Shown here in pieces: positions 24,451 to 38,679 of a DNA stretch of 64,000 nucleotides. Numbering within the stretch: position 1 is the first letter of the stretch; each line of letters starts with the position of its first letter. Location: positions 124,001 to 188,000 of the forward strand of contig NW_027271701.1 of assembly GCF_040938485.1 (NCBI RefSeq). Direction: 5' to 3'. The notes under the pieces are model-generated. The model ran no database searches, had not been told where the DNA came from, and was given only the letters and a program-made list of their open reading frames with translations. This DNA comes from Diadema antillarum. Taxonomy: Eukaryota. The position numbers and the translations under genes were made by a program.

Positions 24451-24969
24451 TTAGATGTATTCACAGTCGACGCCATGGTAGACTCTGACCGGAAGTGTGG
24501 TCGGGTCCGTGAATTCGGTTACCAGCAGGTACTCCCTGACCTCGGCATCGTACAGCTCGTCGAAGGTGGCCGGGTCGCGGGCGAGCACGAAGAGCGAAAG
24601 CGCGCGACTGTCCGTCACCACCGAGTACTCGTATTGGTCGTTCACGATGGGGCCGAGCTTGATGATCCAATCTGAGAAACGAATACGACGAAGATACATG
24701 AATAAATGAGCATACACACAAAGACCGTATCCAGTGCCGTATATCAATATACGGCACTGACCGTATCAGGGCAATTACCCCCTCTGGTACTGGTTAGTGA
24801 TAAGGTTAGAGCAATGATTAGGTTCAGAGTTTTAGGTTCAGTGTTAGAGTTTTGGTTAGGGTTAGCTAGGTTTAGGTTCTGGATTTAGGATTAGGGTTAG
24901 GGACAGGGAATGGTCTGAGTAATTGCCCATGCAGGGGGTAATTGCCCTAGACCCAACCACACACACACA

Positions 24970-25014
<45 letters not shown>

Positions 25015-28000
25015 TATCTTTATAGAGAGGTAAATGAGTAGCCCAATTAAAAGACGAATACACGAATGAATAGATATCTCTAAAATATTCATCCTCACTA
25101 AACTATTACAATAAGTTTCTACCACTGTCTACGCACTTTATCTTACTTCGGAATACAAGTCAAGGGAATAAAATATCTCTCAATATCTCTTACCATAGAA
25201 TGCAAGAACAAAGGATAATAACATTTTCTTTCTTCATGAATCTGAGTCTCTCTATACTTGAACCACCAACAAAAGCAGATTTCGACTACATGCAAATCAG
25301 ATAGCAACCAACAGAGCGACTTACAAGGGGAAGCAGCGGGCACGCCATCCAATTCGACCAAAAGTTTGCCCGGTTCTCTCGGCAGCGGGATGTAGGCGAA
25401 GCCCTCGATGATGTCAGACTTGCCGTCGCGATTTTTGTAGGCATTGCGGACAGTGACGTTGGTGTCAGAGATCTTACCGTCTGTGGATTTCATAATGAAT
25501 ACGACAAGCAAACCTAGATGTATCGTTTAAGAATATATTCCTTGATAAGAATCAAATGCAACAACAATGGCTTTTCAATCCCAACTTACTAAGTAATTCC
25601 GGTCTACAAAAAATTATTACAGTTTAGGGCTTTTTACACTTGCGTTTCTTAACCCCGGACTTTCTCTGACCCAGGACTATCGTTAGTCCCGTACCAATTT
25701 TTTTCAGCTTTTTACACTCGCCAATTAGTCCCGTACTATCTCTTGTCCGGGGCTAAGGAGAAATCTGACCTTTTTACACTGGTATTTCTTAGCCCCGGAC
25801 TTTCCAAACCACATGAATATTCATAATCACGCTGTGTACTGTACACGTACACGCACGCACCGGCAGCACTTGATTACCTCGTTTCTGATTGGTTAGTGAG
25901 GGTCGGACTTCGTCTCCGTCGCTTAGCCCAGGATTATTTTTTCGTTCTGTTTACACTCACTTGCTTGGCACCGCAATTGCGGTGCTAACCCCTGCTATTT
26001 TGCAGGGCCAGATAGTACCGTACTATCGGTGGGGCTAGCCCACTTTGGCAAAAACGAGTGTAAACAGAAAGTGGGCTAAGGATAGTCCCGTACCAACGGT
26101 GGGGCTAAGGCCCCCCCCCCCCCCCCCCCCCCCCCCTTAGCCCCACCGTTGGTCCGGGGCTAAGCAAAAATTTACAAGTGTAAAAAGCCCTTATGACATA
26201 CCTAATGTAGAACACTGTATCAAGAGAGATATCAAGGACGATGGATGTCATTAATGTGTGCAGCCTCAATAACGAAATACAGTATCAGCAAAGGTCTTGT
26301 TTGAGGATCAAAATGTCATGGGACAATTCACTTAAGACTCACAATCTCTTTGAAATGATTTGATAAAAAAAAATCAAACTTCGCCAAACGGATAATTTTC
26401 TGGGATGGTATAATTAGATTAACCGATTAGATTAATCTTAATCATAATTGTATAATTGACAAGTTTGAATGTTAGATATGTATGTTGTCGCCATGTAATT
26501 CCATTCACAGTCTTTGTTCTCTCTTTTTAAAGATGCATACGTGATTTGTTTTTAACGTCATTCACATTATACCATACTCGATAAAAAAAAGTCTTACAGG
26601 TTGCTGTAATGCACTCAGCCCCTCCTGCTCCAGTGAAGAAATCAGCCCAGTAATCTGTGTACATCTGCAAAATGACATAAAAAACATGATAAACTGTTTT
26701 AGATTCGAGGAATGGAGACACGAAGTCAAGAATGTTGTACGTAAACAATGGAAAACAATATATGTCATGCGATATCAATGCCAAAGTGATTGTGATGATA
26801 ACAATGACACCGCAATGGTGAAAAGATACCATACTCTCGATGACAACTTAAGATAACAGTCATGAAAGCAGTTATCGATCGGTAGAGACAGAGAAGGTAC
26901 CTAACAAAACGATGACGTAAACAAAATTTAAAGAAAAGAAGGAGAAAACAAATCCGTATGTACGATTGTGACTTCAGAAATTCAGGCAACGTCTTTCTGA
27001 CAGTATGTAGAAATAGGAACTGATTTTCTGTTTTTTTTTATATACCATTCTCTTGTTTCTTATAATTATGTAGCTTCATCGTCTTGAGTCACATGAGCAA
27101 TTATTGATTTGTGCTATGCAACATGATGCAATTTTGAAGAGAAGGGTGCACTACGAATGTGTGAAACTGCATGGGTTGGTTTAGTATAGACGAAGTATAT
27201 AGTGTGTTATTTTTCATTAGGCAGCTTCAAGTGCATGAACAATATAGTGTTGCTAATGAAAACATCCAAACGAGGTGAAGCTACAAATCTATAGCTGCCC
27301 GTAAAAAAAAGAAAGAAATTAATGCAAGTTTTTGGTTCATTCTTGATACGAAGCTGCATCTTCAAACGGCTAAATTAGAATATAAACAGGCCTGATATAA
27401 CTATTATATAAAATTTCATTGGGTAGAATTGCTATGTAAAAGTTGGACAGTTACTGTCATGCATGAAATAAAATCATCGAGCCAGGTCAGGCAAATAAAT
27501 GTAGTGACACTGAGGAAATTATCTACTAGAATATCTAGAGCCTGAAAAGTATGAAGAAAGCGTCCGTCCTATCAGGGAGGTGAGACGCTTTTGTCTCACC
27601 TCCCTGGTTCTATGCACTTATGGCGTGATCTCCTGACATCACACTACGTAATAATGCCTACTGCCTTTTGATTGTCTGATATTTCTCCGTATTACGCTTT
27701 AAATTCTTCATGCAGCAGTATTCTCGTAATAATAAAGAAAATAACTCATAATAAAAAAATGAATAAAAATGTAGACATCAATCAAATGGAGTATGATGTA
27801 CACTAAAACGTGTTCTGGGGAAACGATTAAAGCAGTAAAAGAAATTAAATTCTAGGGACTTCGATTATTCAGCAATTTCGTTTATCAGTTGCAATTTGAG
27901 GATGTTTCGACGGACATCGTTCGTCGTTCACCTCAATATGACACTTACTTGATACCACACTCCAACGTATTTGTTCACATCGATGTCGTAGACAGTTCCT

Positions 28001-28074
28001 AGGCCTTGGACCGAGGGCGAGAGACACAAAATGGAGCCAAATATGGCCAGAAATGCTACACCGGAACGAAACAT
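24451..28074 (-). CDS. Secreted lipocalin (ApoD-like) gene A, 189 aa, 4 exons
   Basis: Exons 28074-27949, 26664-26598, 25480-25325, 24671-24451; all GT-AG, phases 0/1/1. Signal peptide MFRSGVAFLAIFGSILCLSPSVQG, then YVGVWYQ (SCR1), ECITATY, GFAYIP..PGKL.V, YW..LGP..QYEYSVVTD, LFVLARDP and C-terminal CEY. Confidence 0.9.
25627..26190. mobile_element. PIF/Harbinger-like MITE, 564 bp, in intron 2 of lipocalin A
   Basis: TTA|GGGCTTTTTACACTTG...CAAGTGTAAAAAGCCC|TTA. Internal repeats of tttacact/tagccccggac, and a 19-bp perfect hairpin around a poly-C tract (26092-26153). Confidence 0.85.
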
Positions 28075-31000
28075 GATAGATTTTTTTTGAAGGATGATTT
28101 GATGCAAAGCTACAAGTCAAATTGTCGAGATGAGGAAAAGGATGACATCCACGCGCGAAGTTTGGTGGACACTTACTTGTGTAGGTCTGTTGGGCGGTGG
28201 TGGATATATGCCTTGGTAAGAATGATATAGCATTGATTAATAAGTATGGCGATATCAGTGGGGTGTTCGCGGACTTTAACCCTAACCTCGCGAACTTAAA
28301 CTAATTATCACGACTGACTTCTACGATGAAAGGCTGGTAAGCTGTATCTCATCCCCAAGGAATTATACAGGACGGGGTAATAATTTTGTCTCCCTGTACA
28401 CCTTTACGAAGTGTGACTGGAGCTTCCTTCGACAAAAATTATGATAAGTACTGCTTAAGAGAAACTTTGGGTCATCTGTCAGACCACATGTCTCAATTCT
28501 CGTCACACCCATACACCCTAAAATGTGGAATTCAGTCCTGCTGAGTATCTATTAAGTTGGTGCTAATCATCTGCAACCTGCACTGATAAGGAGAAGCAAA
28601 TAGGCAAACAATTACTTCTCTTTTTTTTTCCTGTGCACGAAACTTGAGCATAAGGATTGAGATACCTTCCTGGCCTCAAAGTGATAACAGTTCCGGTGAT
28701 AGGTTCTCATGAGTCAACCTCGAAATACCTTTATCTGGTTAATTATCAACGCTATTCTGATTATATGGGTTAGAGATCCAATCTGTTATGACAAAGATTA
28801 AAGTATACAAGACAGTTATCAAACTGTTTCAATAATACGAGGATAAACTCATAAACCGATCTTTCTTCCTTCGATATCAATAATGACTCCAGGAAGAAGC
28901 GTGCACCAATGCGTGAGGAAAGGATTACAAAATTATATTGACTTGCCTCTTATTAGAGAAAAAAAATATTTATAAACAAATTGTCGGGATGTAATGGAGC
29001 CCGAAGTAATCACATGTCACAAAAATGATAACTCATCGTTAGGAATATCGTTAGGAGTGACTGCAAATAAATTATGTTTTATAACATGTTCAATTTCAAG
29101 AGCAGATGACTTAAGGGTGTATCTATTTCATATATTTTTTATGAAATTACAGATAGTCGGTCTCATTGTAAAATAATTGTAGTTCATACATGCGATATCA
29201 GCACCTAAGATAACAAGCCATTGTTCTGTACGTGCTATGTTGAACCGATTTTTTAAAACTGTCTAAAGTCACGAAATCGTATTTCCCCTATTTCAGTCGC
29301 TACTGAGCATCAACACAATATAGGACTTTTATTTACATAATTGATAGTTCAGTTCAGTTTAGTTTGTTTTCATATTTCTCAAAAATAAACAGTACATTGA
29401 TGTAACACAAAATACCAACAGGCACAAAATACTTCATACAAAAAAGCACATTTCCATTGTCCAATCCGGGAGGCTGCGTTGTTTTAACATTCGCGACGCA
29501 GATCTAAAACTCGCTGTTCATTAAACTGTACGCACTTGCAAACTATTACTGTAGTGTAACCTGTACTGCCCCACCCTGATGGCAAAAGAAAGCGAGTGAC
29601 AAATGCGATATTTCTTTGAAATAAACAAATTGTGCTGCCGATTAAATTGGCAATCATCATCAATAAAGAGGTGAAATTGTTCCATTTTTACAGAAAATGA
29701 TAAGGTCATACCCGTACTAGAAGCGTCCCCTTACAGCGGCCGTCCTTCTTCTGCACATTTTTACAGGAAATTATTTGCAAATTTGGTAAAATAATATATT
29801 TTGATAAAGAAATCAATGTAAGTCTTTTCTCCCTTGAATCATGTACATTGTAATCTATGTAATTATCTATGTTTTCTAGGGTATTACTGAAAAGAATTCT
29901 GATTCATGTAACGACATTATGTTGAAGAAAATAAATCAAACAAACAAACAAACAAACAAACAAACATACGAGTGTAAAACATTTCGCGACGATTACACAT
30001 AGCCACCAGTTAACATTGGTTATCAAAGTTATGGTGATTTTTCTCGGGCTGAATGAAATTTAACACTACTATGTTTGCAATTCTCACTGCTCTGTTGCAT
30101 TGCTTTGACACAATTTTGACTTGACGGTATTCTGATTGAAGAAAATAGCTATCTTGATGTAGTATATGCCACGGAAAAGTGGGGCTATTGCATAAACAGT
30201 TCAGTTCGAAATGCTATCGCCAACACTAAATTCGTGCAGTAAATACATGCGTGAATTCAAAACGAAGTGAAACCGATAATTGTTCTCAGGTACGATGCAT
30301 GAATTTTATTGTGGTTCCTTTCGTTATATAATTCAGTCGTCACCCTGTGATATGTCTTCTCACATGAAGCGTCGTATAAATATTAAACTCACCGCAGAAC
30401 ACTCTCCAGCCTTGCTTCTACATGACGCTATATTCTTGTTAACTTCGTAATTTGTTCAGTGCTCTATCAAATCTTATACATTTCTGCTCCTCTTGTAACG
30501 AGCCACAATTTTTTTTTTAAAATAATCGAACACAACTGTATTTGTTTCTTTTGTATCTTTCAATGACGTGATTCTTGCTCTAAATGTTTTGTATGCCTGG
30601 TATGACGTTACAACGTTACCATGGTTTATACTTTTAATTTGAACCAAGTTGCATGCGATACACGTTGTAATCACATTGCTCCAAATTGGCTTTGAAAGGC
30701 AAACACAATATGAGCGCTACTGATTTAACCACTATACTGGTGAATTTCAATATTACACTGCATCTTTATCGGTGAAAGAGCTCTGTGTTTTGTGAAGTTG
30801 ACTCGCAAACTCCAGATGTTCAACGACTAATTCACTTTAAGCATCTCAAACAATGCAAAACGGATCAGCCAAGGAGAGAACAAGATTAACAATTTCGTAA
30901 CTGAAATGCACGTGGATCATCCACTGTAAATTCTCACGGCTCACTCCAAGTTTTTGAAGCTCACGTTTTCTAACACGTTTCCATACTTGTACTATCCTAT

Positions 31001-31130
31001 CCTTTAATGTGAAGCTTCACATTGCCAAATCATTTTTTTTTTGCTCATATATCGCTTAAGCAATACAGCTCAAGCAGAGTGATGACGTAACAAATTGCAT
31101 GAAAATTACATAATTTGAAGCAAAAAATCC

Positions 31131-31137
31131 TATAAAA
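31131..31137 (+). promoter_or_regulatory. Candidate TATA box of lipocalin B
   Basis: TATAAAA 125 bp upstream of the ATG; lipocalin C has the same spacing. bZIP-like sites (TGACGTAA, ATTACATAAT) lie just upstream. Confidence 0.5.
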
Positions 31138-31255
31138 GACGCGAACACCCATCACCCAGATAGTCACTTCTAGAGGTCCACAAGGAACATTCAGCTCTTC
31201 TGGAGACATCCACAGCTTCTTCTCTTCTGCTCAAAGAAAAATCTCCAAGACAACC

Positions 31256-33169
31256 ATGAAACAGACGCTGACAGTCGCTCTCTTCCTCATCTTCGCCGTT
31301 CTCGGCGGACACGCCCTGGAGGTGGTGCCCGAGCTAGATGCCACTGCCTACGTTGGAAGATGGTACCAGGTGAGACTGTCAAACTATCTCGATTTCTTGA
31401 AGACTTCAAATGCTTTCATTGATGAACGTACATGCTTATATATTCGATATAGAACGTGCTCTTCTAGTATTTTGCTTACACTTTAGGTGAACAAGATTTC
31501 TCCCAATAAGAAAGGAAATAGGAATGGAAGTATGAGTTGAAGAAAAACAATGACGTTGATGGCAAAAGAAACATGAAGAATTATAACTTTGTATCTTCAC
31601 AACATCCAATTTATTAGAATATTTTCATTTGGCAGGGTATGATGTGAGGAAGTATTAACTTACCATGACTAATTGTTACATTATTTTTTGCACCATAGGT
31701 TTACACAAACTACTGGGCTGATCTATTCTCAAACGTGATGGAGCCTGACTGCGTCACAGCTGATTGTAAGTAGAGTTATCCTCTGAAAGAGATCAAATAT
31801 TGGTTTGGGGAAAAAAGTCGTCTGGCTTCAGTCAGTTGGCTTCCGGACAAAACATACTGATATAACATCGCCACAACATCAAAACTTCATTGTTAGCAGA
31901 ATACTGACATCTTATTTTTCAAATCCGACACATTAATGCAAATTTGTCTTTGGTAGTAATTGAATCAACACATTGTTTCCACGTTTGTCACTTGGACGGA
32001 TTTACATGGTGGCATAATGAAACCCATCACCACTTTTCAGTCATATATGATGGTCAGAAGGGAATTGTTATCTATCAACTTTTGAAGTCATATATACATG
32101 CCCGAATGTGTTGTAATAATTCACACTTTTAGCGGAAAATGTTGTTTCTAAGTGTGCGTGTGCCCAACTTTTGACAGAAAAAAAAAATGTTTAAGTATAT
32201 CGTATATGATACATAATGATATTAAATGGAAAGGAGTTGGAAGATGCGTGACTTGCCAATCGCTCAAGAAGAAAACAGATGATGTATTTTTTTTTTTTTG
32301 TTCTTCCGTAACGAAGACGCCCAGATCAACGCCACTTTCCTGTCAGTCTACAACGCCAACTACCGGTTCGACGAGAAGTACACGGATGACATCAGCGGCT
32401 ACGCCTACATCCCTGACCTGTCGACACCGGGCAAGCTCAAAGTCGTTCTCGAAGGCGTCCCCGTGGAAGGAGATTGTAAGTGAAGATGGAGAATTCAAAT
32501 CAAGCCTTGTACGTTGATAGTATAAGCCTTCTCTCAACATGCTGATCGTAACAGCGTCTTGCTGGCTTGTTTTGTTAGTGATGAAGAAAATGTTCCGTCT
32601 TTCGTTCCATAAAACAAGGAAGAGAAATAGCCTTTCCGCCTTGGTTGTCATGAGCAAAGGGATTTATGTACATGTTGGATGTTTAAAAGATGTTGGATGT
32701 TTAAAAGATGTTTCACTAAAAAAAAAAGGCTGCAATAAAAAATAGATTATACTCGCAGTGTACAGGAAAATGAAATTTAACAAGCTTGTTAAGATTTCCT
32801 CTCTGGAAGTGTATGCTGAAGATCGTATATATGGGTGTCTTTTTTTGGGGGGGGGGGGGGGGGGGGGCAAAGGAAGTGGAAGAGAAAAAATACCAACATC
32901 ATCACAACGCAATCCTCCGTTCATCTACAGATTGGATCTTCGAGCTGGGACCGAAGATAAACGGCCAGTACCAGTACAGTCTCGTGACGGACGGGGAGAA
33001 GGCCCGTCAGCTTTTCGTCCTGGCCCGCAACCCTTCCCAGTTCGCCCTGCTGTACGAGAAGCAGGTGCTGAACTCCGTTGCCAACGCAGGCTTCAGGGGC
33101 CCGCTGAAGAGGCCCTACGCGGTTCCTCATCCCGATGAATGCGTCTACCCACCCACCGCTTCCCTGTAA
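31256..33169 (+). CDS. Secreted lipocalin (ApoD-like) gene B, 192 aa, 4 exons
   Basis: Exons 31256-31369, 31699-31765, 32317-32475, 32931-33169; GT-AG, phases 0/1/1. Signal peptide, [48 protein letters not shown]. Confidence 0.92.
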
Positions 33170-35489
33170 ATGAGCATCGGGTTCCTTCACTGTATAATTC
33201 AAACTTATTTATTCCTGAACCCACGTCATTGCTATTACTCTTATACAGTATTTATTCTTAATCCAAGTCATCATTTCTCATATTCACTCTACCGACTTAT
33301 CTATTCCTGTTTAAATGTGTAGCACATGCTCATACAAATTTCATGAAAAATTTATCTTAGAGTGTTGCTATTATCTCTTAAATTCTCTGTTTCTAAACCC
33401 AAACGAATTATGTTTTCACCTGTCATCTTATTAATCGAAAACCTTGACAGTAGTACAACGAAACAAATCATCATGCCAATTTTATGGCCTTATGTATTAT
33501 TGTTGAATTTTTTCCATCGATCATAACTCAACTATTTCGAGATGTGTAAATCTTCATCAACTGGAATAATTTGTTAAAATTTCGAGGTGACTTTTGTGAA
33601 TTTTAGATATTTTTTGAAAATATTCACACTACGATCAGGCAAATAACTTTCTGTTTACTGCACTATGCCACGGAATTTTGCGCTATTTATTGAATAAAAG
33701 ACAACTGTTCAACTGCATAAATGTACATTTTCTTCCTTCATCCGAGTCGGCAATCGTATAAGATATTCTTTAACGTATATATATTATATATATATATATA
33801 TATAATAGTAATAATAATGATAATGGTTAACATATATATCGCGCTTAATACACAGTTTCTAAGCGCCTTACATATGTTATGATTATGCCAAAACATAATC
33901 TTATATTCAACATAACTACAAAACTCTACAATAATTTACATTACATAATATGCTTTTTCAAGTACTAAAATCAGCATACTTAATAGACACACACAAAAAA
34001 AGAAGAAAACATAACATACAAGAACAGGACATCATAATAATTTCAACTTATACTGACTTCATTGAATGTGTATTCAGGAGGGTCTGAAACGTATCTAGCG
34101 ACTGTGAAGATATATACCTATGCGTCTAATTAATGAGGATATACAAATATATGTTTCTTTCTCTCTCTCTCTCTCTCTCTGTTTGTGTGCGTATGTATGT
34201 AGAGAGAAAGTGAGAGGGGCGGATGATCAATAGATAAGTTAAGAACACCCCATTTTTTACACAAGTGGGTTTTTCTTTGCAGAGAAAATGGGCAAGATAA
34301 GCTTCATCGCTACAAACTAATGCATATTATTATAACAAGAGCTGTATGAAGCATGTTCAAAAGACATATGAAATGTTAATCTATTTTTTTTCGTGACAGT
34401 CATGATAATGTTCAGTTCCCCAACTAACTGTATTTGATTTTAACTGAATAACTAATGAACTTCACCACTTAGCGCTTTTTTTTTCCTCCTGATGATTGTG
34501 GAAGTAGGATACTTGAGATACAGGAAGTGCAGCAATATGAAAGGAAGACATAATATTAGTTGAAAACAAAGTATTACAGATAATGTTACAAATGAGTAAG
34601 ATCATTAGGCCTACACATGAGCCGATTGTAGTTCTTTGTAGTAAGTTCCAAAATAGAATACAAATACATGCAACGTGAAAGCATTATACAGCTCAGGACA
34701 AAACATGACTACGTCAAAATTAAATCTTTACCATTGACTTCTACACAACGTTTGCATGATATATAATGTATTTAATTCGATCTTCTCATCACATTTCTTC
34801 CAGTGTTAAAAAAGCCCAAAGTGTTTCTTTTTTCTGTCATTAATGGCTGAAGTTGTTTTAGTATATTTTCCTTTTCTTTTCTTTTTCTGAGCCGTTTCAG
34901 TGACTTTAATCATGGACCTACAACGAAAGTCCATGCTTTAATGCATGTTTTCTTTGAAGGTATATAACAGCTGTCAAGCTAACACGGCTTTTTTTTTTAC
35001 ATCATAATCATTCTAAAACACGAACATAGCGACACAAATCTTTGTATTTTATTTCTGGAACTTAACGAAACTTTTTGTTCTAGGCCTGTTTATTTTTCAC
35101 TATATTCTTAAAACTACAAGGAAACAACAAATCGGCTGGCTTCCATAGAATAGGGTTCGATGATTGTAGAAAGACATAATTTTGTCTAGCATATGAGTTA
35201 CGTAATGTGTAGTTAGAGTAGTTTACTCTGGTAACAAGTAATAGTTTTTTACGTAAAGGAAGGCAGAGAGAGAGAGAGAGAGCGAGAGCAAAGATGAGAG
35301 AGAGAGAGGGAGAGAGAGAACAAAGGAAAGGTATCCTCTGTAACAGGAAAGTATCTTTTCTTCAACATTATGGTTGTGTTCTGTGTTCTGTGTAGCGTAA
35401 TCTGTATAGTAAAGAGTGAGTATAGTTATGTGCCTATGTATGATTCCCACTATACAAATGTTGTAAAAAATCAAGATTACTTTTCGTAC

Positions 35490-36460
35490 TCAGTGGAGTT
35501 CATCATGATTCTGCGTTGGACCGCACTTTGTTCACCTTGTATAGCGCTCAGATTCCTTACATCATTAACGATTAAAACACTAATAGCCTCAGCTGCATGA
35601 TACGTGCGGACGATACTGTCAGGTTTATCTGAAAGGTGGCTATATGTATCAATCACTGCACCATAACATCACTACTGGCATGACTGGTCAATCAAAAACA
35701 AGTTGCTGGTGAATGCATCCAAGACTGAGGTAATTCATTGTTTTAACATCTACATTCGATTCCACTTCACTTTAACCTACATAGCTATCACTGTTGATAA
35801 CGTAAGCATTAGTGCACTCAATACTGCGCGCAACCTGGGTGTCGTCGTGGACAAACATCAGACTATCAGTGTCTCATCACGTCACCAACCACCGACATCT
35901 CTTGATCTGCAATCATTCGCAAATGGAAGAAATCCGGCAATTGAGCTTGATCACAAATCTGAAGAATCAGTGGTTCACTCCATAATGATGTCTCACGCTG
36001 ATGATTTCTATGTCCTGTTTTATGGTAAACCAGAAAAAAAAGGGGGGAGGAGAAGAATTCAAACGTATTTGAATAATCTAGAATACAGTAAGCAAGGTTG
36101 GTAACAGGTGGTCGTTCTATGCAGAGATTCGATTTCTCCAGTCTCCTTTGATCTGCAGTGGTAACCCGTTGAGAAACGTATAATGTGTGTATAAGATACT
36201 CAGTGTGTGCTTCAAATCATTACAAAAAATCTCTCTCTCCGTATACGTCATATAAATCCCAGAGCTGGTTCACCTGCACACTTCAGCGCAGTCTTAGATC
36301 GGGGAGGTGCTTCTCTTTCCACCTCCCTGCTTAGTTCATGCCCACATCATCTTCATTCAATCATGCCTTTTAAAATTCCTATATTATGATTATGGCAACT
36401 GATCTTCTTCAGCATCTGCTCCTGTACTTTGGAATTCTTCACCATTGGAAATAAGGAAAA
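35490..36460 (+). mobile_element. Degenerate L2-type LINE RT / 3' fragment
   Basis: TLFTLYS...ADDT followed by LVNASKTEVI...SALNTARNLGVVVD, typical of the L2 RT C-terminus. Many stops. Confidence 0.65.
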
Positions 36461-36525
36461 TACCCAGACTAGAATTGATCAATCTGCCTTGAAAACTTGT
36501 CCCTGTAGAGAATAGTAACAGTTTA

Positions 36526-36900
36526 TTTTCGTCGAGCCCACCGTAGGTGAGGGGAGACTAAGGGATCGCCTGCGGCGTCTGTCCGTCCGTCGTCCGTCCG
36601 TAACGCTATATGAACTTGAATAACTCTCTATACTGAGGACTTCAATTGCAATCAAACTTGGAGGGAAGAGTGGTCATACAAAGTTACACATTTTACCAAA
36701 CATGAAGGTCATCTCAAGGTCAAAGGTCATAGGCAGGGGTCAATGAACTTTAGGGTCCAATGTTAAGATTTTACGGTGCGTTTTGATTATGGCTCATAAA
36801 TTTTGATCCCTATGTCCGTTTGTGACCAAACTTGGATGGTATATGTTCCATGAAGTTCATCACAAGGTCAAATGTCTCAAAAGAAAAATGATTTTATGTC
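36526..36900. mobile_element. Non-autonomous repeat of Helentron-associated (HINE-like) type
   Basis: Terminal hairpin, (gtcc)n run ccgtccgtcgtccgtccg, and AGGTCAAAGGTCA motifs typical of such invertebrate repeats. Confidence 0.4.
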
Positions 36901-38548
36901 AATCAGGTAAACTTTGATAACACAATGGAAAAATGAATACGTGACTTTAACCATGATGTGACTTTGTCATTATCTGCAACTAATGAAAAACCTATTACAC
37001 ACATGACGTGACGCACAAATTGACGGCTCGACAAAGCACAAAATAAAACAAACAGGAAAACCGTTAGATGAGACAGTTCCCTCGGAAAAAAAATATGTAG
37101 CAGATTTCTGAACCACACACCAAAATCAAAATGGCCGATGACTGATGAAAAGGGTGAAGCTGGGAAAAGAGATAGACCTCAAAACAACTACATGTCTACC
37201 GCTGAGACCTTCAACAGTGGTAAAGCCTTTATTCCTGTTTTCCATTTTCATCTATCTCATTTCGAACCCCCCCCAAAAAAAACAAAAAACAAAAACAAAA
37301 ACAAAACCAGAATTTACAGTGAGACATTTCGATGCACATATTGACACAAAATCAATACAACATTGTAACAAAGGAAACTACTGTGAACTGAAGCACAATG
37401 AATGTTATTTTCACGACAATTTTTCATGACAAAACAAGATTGCTGGAAATTGAGAAGGTGGCTGAAAAGCGGAGTTTGTATTTTGCAGACTCCCCATAAA
37501 CAATAACTACTTTAGTACCGGACTAAAAAACTATACGCAAATTGCTTTAAAAAAAAGAAGGAAAGACAAAGAAGAAGAAGAAGAAGAAGAAGAAGAAGAA
37601 GAAGAAGACGACGAAACACATACACACACCACATACAAACGAACATGAAGAAGAACCTCTCTTGTTAAAAAGGAAAAACAGACAAAAAACAGGTAAGCGT
37701 AGAAAAAATATCAACAGGAATAGGCTACAAAGTCAGGGGAAAAGGGCAGAGGAAGAGGAGTTGAAGGGTCTAAGCCAACACACGCAAGGCACGACATGTA
37801 CAGGCTCGCCGAGGTGTTGAATATTAGCACTCAATTAAGAGTTTCTAGATGATCAAGAAATCGTCTGCACTTCTGATGATGGGAAAGGCTGGAAGCCGTG
37901 AGAAAAGAATTTAGATTAAAACGGTAAGAAATAATCGCAACAAATTCGCAGTAGCTGAAATTATACAAGAGCAAGACAGAAAGGATCTCCGTTTTCACAC
38001 TTTTGCGAGTGCAAAATTATCTCCGCAAAAAGGAATTGCAACGTTTGTTCAAAATCTTGTAACCAATGAAGAGGAACAGCCTGCCATTATAATGCACATC
38101 GTAAGGGATATATGAATTATAAAAACCATAACGCAAGATGGAGTTCTATGACATTTGTAGATTTTAAAATGATTATACAGATCAGGACCACCAGAACTTG
38201 ACTCACATAACACTTTATCAACTTAAAGTCATGAGTCTACGAGGACATCCTTAATTACGTAATGTCAACTGACTTCTTAAAAGCCTTATTTTCTTTCGCC
38301 CTTCTCTAACAAAATACCAGATGACGATTTCACACGACGATAATTCCATAGCGTAGGACTATTTTTCAAAGAAATAAGTAGACACGGTATTATGAAATAA
38401 CCAAATAAGATGATAAGAATAAGAAGTGGTCAAACAGACCTCAAAACTTACGCAAGGCATCATTCTCTCGCAACATGGGCGTGTTCATGCCCTACTCATC
38501 TCGTGGGTGGACACGTGTTCATCTTCCGACAATTCATGCCAACTCTGG

Positions 38549-38555
38549 TATAAAA
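38549..38555 (+). promoter_or_regulatory. Candidate TATA box of lipocalin C
   Basis: TATAAAA 131 bp upstream of the ATG at 38680. Confidence 0.5.
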
Positions 38556-38679
38556 ACTGATAACTTGGACGTTCCGTTCCATCACCACCGACACCGGCTC
38601 CAGACATTTTCGCAGAGACACGCCCTATAGAGGTACAGAATTCGTCAGCACACACACGCTCACACACTCGCCGCCAGCC

